A DNA stretch of 64,000 nt from Desulfobacterales bacterium (GCA_963662235.1 OY759308.1:1004861-1068860); one strand, 5' to 3'. Positions 9,789-19,347 are shown, counted from the first letter of the stretch. Numbers and translations: made by a program. The notes: a model not told the origin generated them from the letters alone.

Positions 9789-10575
9789 TTTTGTACTTTT
9801 TCAGTATCTTTTTGGCTCTTAAAACAGAAGTGTCATTAAAACTTCCGCTATCTGTTGCAACTAATCTTTTTAAATATTGAATGCCTTCGTGTTTTTTGCC
9901 TGTTTTTAAGTAAGTTATACCAAGTTTTAAAAGAGCGGGATAGAACTTATTCCCTTCTGAATATTTATTTTCTACAATCTGATATTGTAAAATTGCTTTA
10001 TTGTATTGTCTTAAAGAGTAAAAACATTCACCCAACCAAAAATGTCCATTATCAATAAGGTCATAAGGAGGGCTTTCTTTTAAAAATCTATTAAATAACT
10101 CTATAGCGTCTAAGTACCTTCTTGAGAGAAAAAGTTTTATACCTGCATCGTATATCTTTTTAGAACTTTCCCCATTTTTTAAAGCTATATTCTTAGTCAC
10201 ATTGTTTTTTTTAGGAGGCTCAGGTTTTGCTTGTGAAGTTTCCTGAACGTTTGCATTTTTATTATATTTATATTTTGAATCTATCTCCACTACACTATCG
10301 GTATTTTTGTTTACACTTTCATCATTAGTTGCCTTTACGTCTTCTTGGATTTCAGAATTTATTATTTTGTTTAATCTTTCTATTTCTTCATCTTTTTTTT
10401 TTATTTTGGTTTCAAAAATGTTTTTTTCATTTTTAAAGGATAGCTCTTTCCTTTTAGATTGAGTCTCCAATTCGTTTATTTTTTTTTCATATAAATCTAT
10501 ATCAGATTGAGTATAAATCGAGCAGGAAGTAATAAAAAATAGGATAAGTAATGGTAATAAAAATTTTTTATTCAT
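9778..10575 (-). CDS. CpoB/YbgF-like TPR lipoprotein
   Basis: Lipobox ITSC, coiled coil, TPR FWLGECFY..ALLKLG; start reassigned to 10575. Confidence 0.8.
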   Translation of the reverse strand: MNKKFLLPLLILFFITSCSIYTQSDIDLYEKKINELETQSKRKELSFKNEKNIFETKIKKKDEEIERLNKIINSEIQEDVKATNDESVNKNTDSVVEIDSKYKYNKNANVQETSQAKPEPPKKNNVTKNIALKNGESSKKIYDAGIKLFLSRRYLDAIELFNRFLKESPPYDLIDNGHFWLGECFYSLRQYNKAILQYQIVENKYSEGNKFYPALLKLGITYLKTGKKHEGIQYLKRLVATDSGSFNDTSVLRAKKILKKYKNDI

Positions 10576-10576
10576 A

Positions 10577-11602
10577 TTAAAAATCTCTCTTTTTCCATAA
10601 AAGCAATATAGGACTTGCAACAAAGATAGAAGAGTATGTCCCAACAACAACACCTATAAACATAGCGAAAGCAAAATCGTGAATAATACCTCCGCCAAAA
10701 AGCAATAAAGTTAAAATAACAATAAGTGTAGTAAAAGATGTTAAGATAGTTCTACTTAATGTATTATTTATGCTGTCATTAATAATCAATGCGAGATTTT
10801 TTTCATTTTTAGTGCTTTTAATATTTTCTCTTATTCTATCGAAAACTATTATAGTATCGTTTAAGGAGTAACCTATGATAGTAAGAAGTGCAGCTATTAT
10901 AGGTAAACTAAACTCTTTATCTAATATAGAAAAAATTCCTACAGTGATTAAAATATCGTGTATAAGAGCTAAAATAGCTCCTGTTGCATATTGTAATTTG
11001 AAAAAATAAAATAGAATTAGACTTACAAAAATTGCACAAAAGATAATAATTGGGATGCCGGTATTAAAAAGGGATAATAGATAAACAACTGTCATAAGAA
11101 AAGCAGCTATTACAACACTTAATGCCCATTTTAGTTCAAATCTTCCAGATATATAAATTGTAATAAATAAAAGAGCATAAAACATAGCAAATAGTGCTTT
11201 TTCTCTTAAATTTTTACCAACTTGCGGACCTACCATTTCTACTCTTCTTATTTCTGCATTAATACCAATTTTTTTACTTATTAAGCCCTCTAACTCTTTA
11301 GAGAAAAAGTCGTTTTCTGTTTTATCTATGCGAATTAAAAATTCATTGTCGTGTTTGTTACCAAATAATTGTATCGCAACTTCGTCAAACCCCATCTTAA
11401 AAAAAGTCTCTTTTATTTTAAGTGGTGTAACTTTATCTTCAAATTTAATTTGCAAAAGAGTTCCACCAGTAAAATCTATTCCGTAGTTAGGACCGCCTTT
11501 TGTAATAAGAGAGATAATACTGCTTAATATCAAAATAGTTGAGAATATAAAGGCGATATTCTTTTTGCCTATAAAGTTGATGTTCTTTTTTTCTTTGTTC
11601 AT
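10577..11602 (-). CDS. secF: Protein translocase subunit SecF
   Basis: GIDFTGG, VGPQVG, IGYSLNDTIIVFDRIRE. Confidence 0.97.
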   Translation of the reverse strand: MNKEKKNINFIGKKNIAFIFSTILILSSIISLITKGGPNYGIDFTGGTLLQIKFEDKVTPLKIKETFFKMGFDEVAIQLFGNKHDNEFLIRIDKTENDFFSKELEGLISKKIGINAEIRRVEMVGPQVGKNLREKALFAMFYALLFITIYISGRFELKWALSVVIAAFLMTVVYLLSLFNTGIPIIIFCAIFVSLILFYFFKLQYATGAILALIHDILITVGIFSILDKEFSLPIIAALLTIIGYSLNDTIIVFDRIRENIKSTKNEKNLALIINDSINNTLSRTILTSFTTLIVILTLLLFGGGIIHDFAFAMFIGVVVGTYSSIFVASPILLLWKKRDF

Positions 11603-11607
11603 TTATT

Positions 11608-13158
11608 TTATATCCAAAGCTTTTTCATTTTTTTGTTAATAATTAAGTAATCGAAAATAAATCTCGAAACAACAAGAGCGGTAAAAAGTGAGGCTAAAAC
11701 TCCAAGACTTAAAGTAACAGCAAAACCTTTTACAGGACCTGTTCCAAATTGGAAAAGGATAACAGCAGCAATAAGAGTGGTTACATTAGCATCAAGTATA
11801 GTAAGGGACGCTTTTTGGAAACCTGAAGTTATAGAAGATATAATAGTAAAACCTTTTCTTTGCTCCTCTTTGATTCTTTCAAAAATTAAAACGTTTGCGT
11901 CAACAGCCATACCTATAGTTAAAATCATACCTGCAATACCAGGCAACGTAAGTGTCGCACCAAGAGAAGCGAGTCCTGCTGTAATAAGAAAAATATTTAA
12001 AACTAAGGCAAGGTCAGCAATTGCACCTGCAACTTTAAAGTAGACGAGCATAAAAAGAACTACTAAAAGACCACCAAGAGTCATTGCCATAAGTCCTTTC
12101 TTAATAGAATCGTGACCAAGAGTAGGGCCTACTGTTCTTTCTTCTATTATTTGTACAGGAGCAGGAAGAGCACCAGCTCTTAAAGCGATAGCAAGAATAT
12201 GAGCTTCTTCCATAGAAAAACCGCCTGTTATCATCGCAAGCCCACCCGTTATTTTATCTTGTATAACAGGGGCAGTATACACTTTATTATCTAAAACAAC
12301 AGCTAATCTTCTTTTTGTGTTTTCTCCTGTAATTCTCGCAAAAGCTCTTGCTCCTTTTTTATCAAATTTTAAACTAACATAAGGTTTATTATATCTTTGG
12401 TCTATTTGAACTCTTGCATCTTGAAGAGAATCGCCAGTAAGAAGAGTCTTTTTTTCTACCAAAAGAGGCTCTTTGCCACTGTCCATTTGTTCTAATAGTT
12501 CCATTCCAACAGGGACATTACTATTATTCAAGTCACTAACGTCATAAGATTCATCTACAAGTTTAAACTCTAAAAGTGCTGTTTTCCCAATAAGCTTTTT
12601 TGCGTTTTCTGTATCTGTTACTCCAGGTAGCTGGATTAATATATTATCTTTACCTTGAATTCTTATATCGGGCTCACTAACTCCAAAAGCATCAATTCTA
12701 TTTCTTATGGTTTCAAGAGCTTGTTCAACTGCCATTTTTTTTATTCTTAACTCTTCATCAGACTTAAGAACAAACACAACTTCTTGTTCTCCATTTTTTA
12801 CAACTGAAGAAGAGATTTCTAAATCTGTATACTCTTTTGCCATAAATTTTTTAAGTGCATCAAAGTTTTCGGAATTAATATTTATTACGATACTTTTTGC
12901 ATTAGTTGTTATGTGATAAATTCTTATACGCTCTTTTCTAAACATATAACGCATCTCTTGAGACAATCTATGTAATACATTTGATACAGCTTTAGGGGTT
13001 TTTACATTTAAAAGTAGATGCATCCCTCCTTGCAGGTCTAAACCAAGATTGATTTTTTTGTATGGCCAGACACTATTTTTGAAAGAAGGAATAGTAAAAA
13101 CAACAGCAAAAATAAATACACAAAATATGAGCGTAAACTTTGTTTTTAACCAGTTCAA
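11608..13158 (-). CDS. secD: Protein translocase subunit SecD
   Basis: LGLDLQGG, GVSEP, GMAVDANVLIFERI. Confidence 0.97.
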   Translation of the reverse strand: MNWLKTKFTLIFCVFIFAVVFTIPSFKNSVWPYKKINLGLDLQGGMHLLLNVKTPKAVSNVLHRLSQEMRYMFRKERIRIYHITTNAKSIVININSENFDALKKFMAKEYTDLEISSSVVKNGEQEVVFVLKSDEELRIKKMAVEQALETIRNRIDAFGVSEPDIRIQGKDNILIQLPGVTDTENAKKLIGKTALLEFKLVDESYDVSDLNNSNVPVGMELLEQMDSGKEPLLVEKKTLLTGDSLQDARVQIDQRYNKPYVSLKFDKKGARAFARITGENTKRRLAVVLDNKVYTAPVIQDKITGGLAMITGGFSMEEAHILAIALRAGALPAPVQIIEERTVGPTLGHDSIKKGLMAMTLGGLLVVLFMLVYFKVAGAIADLALVLNIFLITAGLASLGATLTLPGIAGMILTIGMAVDANVLIFERIKEEQRKGFTIISSITSGFQKASLTILDANVTTLIAAVILFQFGTGPVKGFAVTLSLGVLASLFTALVVSRFIFDYLIINKKMKKLWI

Positions 13159-13208
13159 TTTTTATCTCCTACAAAACTTTTTAGCTTTTTTACCATTTTA
13201 AGTAGTTT

Positions 13209-13285
13209 GAGACCTTTGCACATAAGTTAATATTTTATAAAAAAACCACTATTTTTTCATAAAAAACATTATGCGCAAAGGTCTT
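13209..13285. mobile_element. MITE, 77-bp minimal copy lacking the internal hairpin
   Basis: GAGACCTTTGCACATAA / TTATGCGCAAAGGTCTT; 6-bp TSD TAGTTT at 13203-13208 and 13286-13291. Confidence 0.9.
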
Positions 13286-13334
13286 TAGTTTGTAATTTTT
13301 TATAACAGAAACTTCTGTTCTATTTTTTAAAAAA

Positions 13335-13646
13335 TCAGCTTTTTTTTTCAGTTACAGAAGATTCATTAGCACCAACTTTTTCAGCAATGTTTCCTCTTAA
13401 CATCTTGATTCTTGTTCTTTCTGCTATTTCAACCACAACAGTATCCTTATCTAAAGAGACTACTGTTCCAAATATTCCACTCGAAGTGATAACTTTGTCA
13501 TCTTTTTGCAGACCTTCAAGTAGCAATTTGTGAGCTTTTGCTTTTTTTTGTTGTGGTCTTATTAATAAAAAATAAAAAATCACAAAAATTAGTATTAACG
13601 GCATAAATTGACCAAATGCCCCAGTGCCAGATAGATTGCTTCCCAT
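13335..13646 (-). CDS. yajC: Preprotein translocase subunit YajC
   Basis: FYFLLIRPQQKK, VITSSGIFG; upstream of secD. Confidence 0.95.
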   Translation of the reverse strand: MGSNLSGTGAFGQFMPLILIFVIFYFLLIRPQQKKAKAHKLLLEGLQKDDKVITSSGIFGTVVSLDKDTVVVEIAERTRIKMLRGNIAEKVGANESSVTEKKS

Positions 13647-13686
13647 TATTTTTTTTTCTCCTTATAAGTATTTTTATTTAATTAAT

Positions 13687-13961
13687 GAGACCTTTGTACA
13701 TAGCTTTATTTTGCTTTTGTTTTGTGGTTCACCCAGTGAAATAAGATTTGAGTTTTACAACACAAATCTTATTTTTAAATTTGAAAAATTTAAAAATATT
13801 TCACGGGGTAAAGTAGTATTTTTATACGTCGAACCCAAAACAAAAGTAAAAGAAAGCGTTAGTTCCTATTGGTTTTTATAAGTTTGTAAAATTATCAAAA
13901 GTTAATATTTTACTAAAAACCACTATTTTTTCACAAAAATATTATTATGTGCAAAGGTCTC
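13687..13961. mobile_element. MITE, orientation B, carrying a nested insertion
   Basis: GAGACCTTTGTACATAG / TTATGTGCAAAGGTCTC; no matching TSD (ATTAAT versus TATCTA). Confidence 0.92.
13729..13809. repeat. 81-bp nested palindromic element
   Basis: Absent from sister copies; ends ACCCAGTGAAATA / TATTTCACGGGGT enclose two internal hairpins. Confidence 0.8.
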
Positions 13962-15432
13962 TATCTAAAATGATTTTACTGTCATATGGCATCATATAAG
14001 GGTCTATCTTTATATTTACTTGAATATGATGTCTCGTTTCTAAATCTATAATTTCTTGTTTTTTCTTGTTTAAAATAAAGTAAGCTACCTCAAATGGTAA
14101 AATAATATCCATATCTTTGCCATCAGCCTTTAACGCTTTTAAGCTCACTTTTCTTAACAAATTAAGTCCAAAAGTTTCGGTCGTTTGTATAGAGCCTCTT
14201 CCCTTGCAATATTTACACTCTATAAAATTAGCTTCATAAGAGGGTTTAAGTCTTTGTCTTGACATTTCAAGAAGTCCAAATTTTGATATTTTAATAAATT
14301 TAGTTTTGGCTTTATCTTGTGATAGCCCTTTTTTTAAAGCGTTTTCAACTTCTAATCTGTTTTTACTTTCTCTCATATCAATAAAATCGATTACGATAAG
14401 TCCGCCTAAATCTCTTAGTTTAAGTTGTCTGGTAATCTCTTCGGCAGCTTCAATATTTGTTAGTCTTGCTGTAGCTTCTATATTTTTTTCTTGTATAGCT
14501 TTGCCTGAATTAACATCGATTGAGACTAATGCTTCTGTTGCTTCTATGACAATGGAACCTCCCGATTTCAATAAAACTTTATTGTCAAAAACAGATACAA
14601 GTTGCTTTTCAATTTCATATTTAGAAAATATAGGTTTTTTGCCTTTATAAAGTTTTACCATTCCAATAATCTTAGGTTGAATAATATTTAAGAATTTTTT
14701 TATATCTTTAAATACACTTACATCATCTACCAATATTTCATTAACGTCATTTGTTAGATAGTCTCTTATAGTTCGTATTCCAAGTCCTTCTGTTTTATGA
14801 ATAATATTAGCAGTAGATATGGTTTCAGCCTTTTTTTGAATATCTTCCCAAAGCTTTAAAAGAGATTTAATATCTTTTATTATATTGGTTTTAGCTATCT
14901 TTTCAGCAGCAGTTCTTATTATAACACCAATATCTTCAGGAATTTTTACTGTTTCAAAAATTTGTTTTAAACGTGTTCTCTCTTTTTCGTTTTCTATTTG
15001 ACGAGATATGGAACGGCTTTTACTACCTGGCATAAGAACTACATAGCGACCGGGGAGTGATATAAAAGTGGTGAGAGCAGCACCTTTTTTCATAATAGAA
15101 TCTTTTGTTACTTGAACTATAACTTCTTGCCCTCGTTTAATTAGCGTTGAAATGCTTTTTTCTCTGCCTTGATTGTGTTGGAAATAATCGTTATGAATAT
15201 CTTTCTTTTGTAAAAAGCCATACTTTTTTTCTCCATAGTCTACAAAAACAGCTTGCAGGCTGCTTTCTACTCTTGTTACAATTCCTTTATAGACGTTACC
15301 TTTTTGGATTGTATTGGCTTGTGTTTCAAAATGAAATTCTTCTAACTTACCATCATTTACTTTAGCTATTCTACACTCTTCTGGTTCAATAGCATTTATT
15401 AATATTTTACTGTTTTTTTTAGATTTAGACAT
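13945..15432 (-). CDS. Ribonuclease E/G family protein (short form)
   Basis: S1 domain GNVYKG, KGAALTT, IDVNSG, LRDLGGLIVIDFIDM, CxxC zinc link; the C-terminal DLCT and stop come from the MITE TIR. Confidence 0.95.
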   Translation of the reverse strand: MSKSKKNSKILINAIEPEECRIAKVNDGKLEEFHFETQANTIQKGNVYKGIVTRVESSLQAVFVDYGEKKYGFLQKKDIHNDYFQHNQGREKSISTLIKRGQEVIVQVTKDSIMKKGAALTTFISLPGRYVVLMPGSKSRSISRQIENEKERTRLKQIFETVKIPEDIGVIIRTAAEKIAKTNIIKDIKSLLKLWEDIQKKAETISTANIIHKTEGLGIRTIRDYLTNDVNEILVDDVSVFKDIKKFLNIIQPKIIGMVKLYKGKKPIFSKYEIEKQLVSVFDNKVLLKSGGSIVIEATEALVSIDVNSGKAIQEKNIEATARLTNIEAAEEITRQLKLRDLGGLIVIDFIDMRESKNRLEVENALKKGLSQDKAKTKFIKISKFGLLEMSRQRLKPSYEANFIECKYCKGRGSIQTTETFGLNLLRKVSLKALKADGKDMDIILPFEVAYFILNKKKQEIIDLETRHHIQVNIKIDPYMMPYDSKIILDRDLCT

Positions 15433-15444
15433 TCTTATCCTTTT

Positions 15445-16257
15445 TTATATAATAGCTTTTTTTATGATATCCAAAACATTTTCAAGAGGGATTAGTGTCT
15501 TTGTTTTAGCTAAAAAACCTCCTTTATGTACAAAAGCTACATTTTTATCATTTTCTACATTACAAAAATCTATATTTTCATAATCGTTAAAACGCATCAT
15601 TCTCCAACCTTCTCCTCTATTATCATAACTTACAGCAACCGAAGCTTTTTCTTTCATAAAGTTATCTCTATAAAGCCTTAAGCCTACTAAGTCTTTAGTT
15701 AATCCAACTAAAATTTTTTTATCTGATACCAACTTCAATTCAGCTTCTTCTTCCCAAAATTTAAATCTCTCTTCAATCTTTTTAGCTTTTTTTAATGTGA
15801 ACTCTCCAAACGATTTTATCATATCGTAATGTCCCATAGGGTCTTGTTCAAAAAGTTTTATAACCCAGCTTTCAACAGGGCTTAAAACGGTATACATATC
15901 GTTTATAATAAATTTTTTAGCTGTTTTTATTGGACCGAATCTGTCCATATGGTCTTTAAAATCCCACCATGGCAATTCTTTTATAAGATGGGAAGTAAGG
16001 TTTAAATATTCAGCAACAAGTACAAAGCTTGATGAAACTTTCAAGTCTTGATGGTGGTCAAAATTTTTTTTACTTTCATCATACTCAAAACCTATATCTA
16101 CAACCCATACGTTTTTATCATCAAGCTCTTCTTGAGTGGGTTCTCGTCGTTCTATCATAAATTCTTTTTTTGGAAATGATGCTAAAATGAGTGCAACAGC
16201 AAAAAAATCATCAAAATGTGCTGTCCCTGGGTGTGTTATAATTTTAATTTTTTCCAT
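15445..16257 (-). CDS. MYG1-like (UPF0160) metal-dependent hydrolase/exonuclease
   Basis: THPGTAHFDD, VVDIG..YD...NFDHHQ, FVHKGGF motifs. Confidence 0.8.
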   Translation of the reverse strand: MEKIKIITHPGTAHFDDFFAVALILASFPKKEFMIERREPTQEELDDKNVWVVDIGFEYDESKKNFDHHQDLKVSSSFVLVAEYLNLTSHLIKELPWWDFKDHMDRFGPIKTAKKFIINDMYTVLSPVESWVIKLFEQDPMGHYDMIKSFGEFTLKKAKKIEERFKFWEEEAELKLVSDKKILVGLTKDLVGLRLYRDNFMKEKASVAVSYDNRGEGWRMMRFNDYENIDFCNVENDKNVAFVHKGGFLAKTKTLIPLENVLDIIKKAII

Positions 16258-16315
16258 ATATTATTCTCTATACTATTTTCTAAATTTAAAATATGCGTTT
16301 TAAAACAATACAATC

Positions 16316-16396
16316 AAGACTTTTGCAAATAGTTCTATTTTATAAAGTTATCAAAAATTGGTATTTTACTGAAAATTACTATTTTTTAACTATTAT
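16316..16396. mobile_element. MITE, internally deleted copy lacking one TIR, in tandem with the next copy
   Basis: AAGACTTTTGCAAATAG start; its 3' part is nearly identical to 16525-16575. Confidence 0.7.
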
Positions 16397-16398
16397 TA

Positions 16399-16588
16399 AA
16401 GACCTTTGCACATAGCTCTATTTTGTAATATTTTTGTGGTGCAGTAGTATATTAATACGTCAAACCCAAAAATATTACAAAAGAGAGCGTAAGTCTTTAT
16501 AATGGTCTTCCAAGTTTTTTGTAAAATTATCAAAAATTGGTATTTTACTGAAAGTTACTATTTTTTAACTATTATGTGCAAAGGTCTT
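16399..16588. mobile_element. MITE, full-length copy, orientation B
   Basis: AAGACCTTTGCACATA / TATGTGCAAAGGTCTT; internal 16-bp perfect stem; abuts the ecfT stop codon. Confidence 0.92.
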
Positions 16589-17347
16589 TCATATAAAAAA
16601 AACAATAAACATAAAACAAATCAATATTAAAAAAAAGAACCAATCTTCAGATGTAAAAGGAAGTTTAGTTTTTGTTCTAACTTCTGAAAAGTTTCTTGAT
16701 TCTATAGCATCAGTTAAATCGCTTGCATCCTTAAACACAAGCCGTATAAAAGGGAAAATAAACTTTTTCATTCTATAAATTGGATTTTTTTTTAATTCAA
16801 TGTTTCTCGATTTTTGTGCTTCATCCAACTCTTTAAAAGATGTGAATAAAGCAGGTATAAATCTGAAAATCAAACTTAACATAAAAGATACACGCTCAGC
16901 AGGGAAAAAAGGTATAAATTTTAGATAGTAGTAGGTAGCAAATCTCACCTCTTTAGATTTGGTGGACATAATAAAAAGCAGTGAGAATGAAGTAATAATA
17001 AATAGTCGAAAGATAAACAAAAAACCGAGATAAGTAGCCTCTTTAGAAAAATATATAAATTTATACTGAAAAATATAAGGGGGAGATGTTCTAAAACTTC
17101 TTACAAAAAAAATTATAATTAAAAATATATAAAAAGATTTTATTTTTTTTAAGACACTAAAAAGAGGCAGAGAAGACTCAATTGTTAAAAAAAACAAGAA
17201 AAGAGTCAAAAAAACAAGCCCATAAAAACTCAATTTAAAACTTATAATGCTTATTATTAATAAAAATAAAAATTTAAACCTTACATCAAATCTATGTACA
17301 GCAGAGATGCCATGTATATAATTTATTTGTTCAAAACTTTTGCTCAT
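16589..17347 (-). CDS. ECF transporter transmembrane component T
   Basis: HRFDVRFK, FRFIP, AQKSR and AIESR conserved Arg motifs. Confidence 0.88.
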   Translation of the reverse strand: MSKSFEQINYIHGISAVHRFDVRFKFLFLLIISIISFKLSFYGLVFLTLFLFFLTIESSLPLFSVLKKIKSFYIFLIIIFFVRSFRTSPPYIFQYKFIYFSKEATYLGFLFIFRLFIITSFSLLFIMSTKSKEVRFATYYYLKFIPFFPAERVSFMLSLIFRFIPALFTSFKELDEAQKSRNIELKKNPIYRMKKFIFPFIRLVFKDASDLTDAIESRNFSEVRTKTKLPFTSEDWFFFLILICFMFIVFFI

Positions 17348-18056
17348 AAGGTTTTTTTACCCCAAAATTTTCAAGCATATTAAGAAAATCGTTTGGCTTT
17401 CCATATCCTGCTACATTGCCTTTAGACATAATTAAAATTTTATTAGCATACTTTATAATTTCGTCTAAATTATGAGTAATAACAATTATTGTGTGTCCTT
17501 TTTTGTGCAATTTTATAATCTCTTTCATAATCTTTTTTTTACTAAAAAAATCGAGACTCATAAAAGGTTCATCAAAAACAATTACTTTAGGTTTCATAAC
17601 TAAGATAGATGCTATACAAAGTTTTTTCTTCTCTCCACCAGAAAGGGAATAGGGGGGAGTATTTAATATCTCTATTAAGTCAAACTCTTCTATTATATCA
17701 ACAACCCTTTTGCGTATAACTTTTTCGTCTAAAGATAAATTTTCAAGCCCGAACGCTATATCGTCATAAATAGTTTCTCCGACTATTTGACTGTCAGTAT
17801 TTTGAAATACCATACCAACAAGCTCTCTTACTTTCCTTAAATTTTTTTTAACTTCAATATTACTTACAAAAACCTCTCCTTTATCAGGAATAACCAAACC
17901 GTTAAGAAGCTTTACAAGGGTGCTCTTTCCAGAACCATTTGCACCGCAAATAATAACAAAATCTTTCTCTTTAATAGTAAGTGAAATATCGTCTAATACA
18001 ATATTGTTTGAAGAAGATTTGTAAGTTACGTTTTTTATTTCTATAAAATTCATCAA
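17331..18056 (-). CDS. ECF transporter ATPase
   Basis: GANGSGKST, VFQN..SQIVG, LSGGEK, FDEP. Confidence 0.9.
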   Translation of the reverse strand: MMNFIEIKNVTYKSSSNNIVLDDISLTIKEKDFVIICGANGSGKSTLVKLLNGLVIPDKGEVFVSNIEVKKNLRKVRELVGMVFQNTDSQIVGETIYDDIAFGLENLSLDEKVIRKRVVDIIEEFDLIEILNTPPYSLSGGEKKKLCIASILVMKPKVIVFDEPFMSLDFFSKKKIMKEIIKLHKKGHTIIVITHNLDEIIKYANKILIMSKGNVAGYGKPNDFLNMLENFGVKKPYEQKF

Positions 18057-18170
18057 TTAGCCTTGTGGTTATGGGATAATCTTTGTCGTTATTTTAAATA
18101 ATTTATTCAAAAAAGATATAATTAAATCTTTGTTAAAAACTTATGAAAATAAAAAATAAGAAATTTAAAG

Positions 18171-19142
18171 TTATCTTGACATATTTTTTCTATAAAGTGT
18201 TGTGATAAGGAATGCTACTATAATCTGCCCACATAAACTTTCAACCATCGTTATAGTTTTACTTATTCCTACTGGGGTTATATCTCCAAAACCTACCGTC
18301 GTAAAAACTATTGTACTAAAATAAAGTAAGTTTAAGAGTGTTGTAAAGATTGGCATATGATTGCTATTGAATTTCAAAATTTGGTCATTGTATTTTACGC
18401 CAAACAAGCCGTACAGAAATGCAAAAAAGACAATTGTAATAAGCATTGTAGCTACTACATTTAGAGGCTTTTCTCCGTATCCTGTAGTATAATCTAATAG
18501 TTTTGAAATAAATCTTTTTAATGAAAAAAGAGGAAGTTGCTTTCTTGCCGCAACCATCTCTCTATGAAAAAAAGGACCTTCCTGTTTATTGTGCCCACTT
18601 TCGCGATAGCACAATTTAATATTTCGATAAATTTCTTCAGCTTCTCTATATTTTTTAACTGCTTGTGTTAAATCGCCTTGCTTTGCTAACTTGTCTCCAT
18701 CTTTTTCGTTAATTATAATATATTTTTTGTTCCATCTTGTATTTTCTAACTTGGTGCCTGTAAGGTTAGCTCCAAGCAAATCACAGTCTCTTAAATCAGC
18801 AGCTCTTAGATTAGCATTTTCAAGGTTTGTTTTAAATAGATTAGCAGAATTGAGATTTATTCCATATAGATGACCATCTGACAAATCGGCTTTTGTAAAA
18901 TCACTTTTTGAAAGGTTAGCATTTATAAGATAAACATTGTGAAGTTTTGCATATGGCAACTTAAAACCTTCAAGATTTTTTTCATCTCTTGCGAGTTGTT
19001 CAAGCTCTTTTTTTATATCTTGTTCGGTTCTGTCATCATAAGTGTGCCAAACACAATTATCTTGCCCTTCTTTTGTTTCATAAGGACAAGGAGTGCCATC
19101 ACTAAAGACATACTTGCATTTTTGTGTATTAGAATTTGTCAT
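18171..19142 (-). CDS. Pentapeptide-repeat protein fused to a 2TM potassium-channel pore domain
   Basis: A(N/D)Lxx repeats, TTGYGEKP, LYFS...TTVGFGD selectivity filter. Confidence 0.88.
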   Translation of the reverse strand: MTNSNTQKCKYVFSDGTPCPYETKEGQDNCVWHTYDDRTEQDIKKELEQLARDEKNLEGFKLPYAKLHNVYLINANLSKSDFTKADLSDGHLYGINLNSANLFKTNLENANLRAADLRDCDLLGANLTGTKLENTRWNKKYIIINEKDGDKLAKQGDLTQAVKKYREAEEIYRNIKLCYRESGHNKQEGPFFHREMVAARKQLPLFSLKRFISKLLDYTTGYGEKPLNVVATMLITIVFFAFLYGLFGVKYNDQILKFNSNHMPIFTTLLNLLYFSTIVFTTVGFGDITPVGISKTITMVESLCGQIIVAFLITTLYRKNMSR

Positions 19143-19167
19143 ATTTTAGCTTTCAATTTGTGTGTTT

Positions 19168-19243
19168 TAAAATTAGCAAAAGTTAATATTTTGCAAAAAA
19201 GCCACTATTTTTTTCATAAAAAAATATTATGTACAAAGGTCTC
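19168..19243. mobile_element. MITE, one-ended fragment
   Basis: AAAATTAGCAAAAGTTAATATTTT..CCACTATTTTTTTCAT..TATGTACAAAGGTCTC matches 13888-13961. Confidence 0.82.
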
Positions 19244-19347
19244 TATTGTGTTACGGTATAAAGGTCAACTATTTCATTTTTTTGGGATTTAATTCCTATG
19301 GGATAAGTTTTGGGCTATAAAGAAGACTCAAATTTTACAAGGCAAAT

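Noticed and set aside
13624-13881. 85-aa ORF on +
   Set aside because: Mostly a reading frame through the MITE and its nested palindrome
18939-19292. 117-aa ORF on +
   Set aside because: Antisense to the channel gene and runs through a MITE fragment
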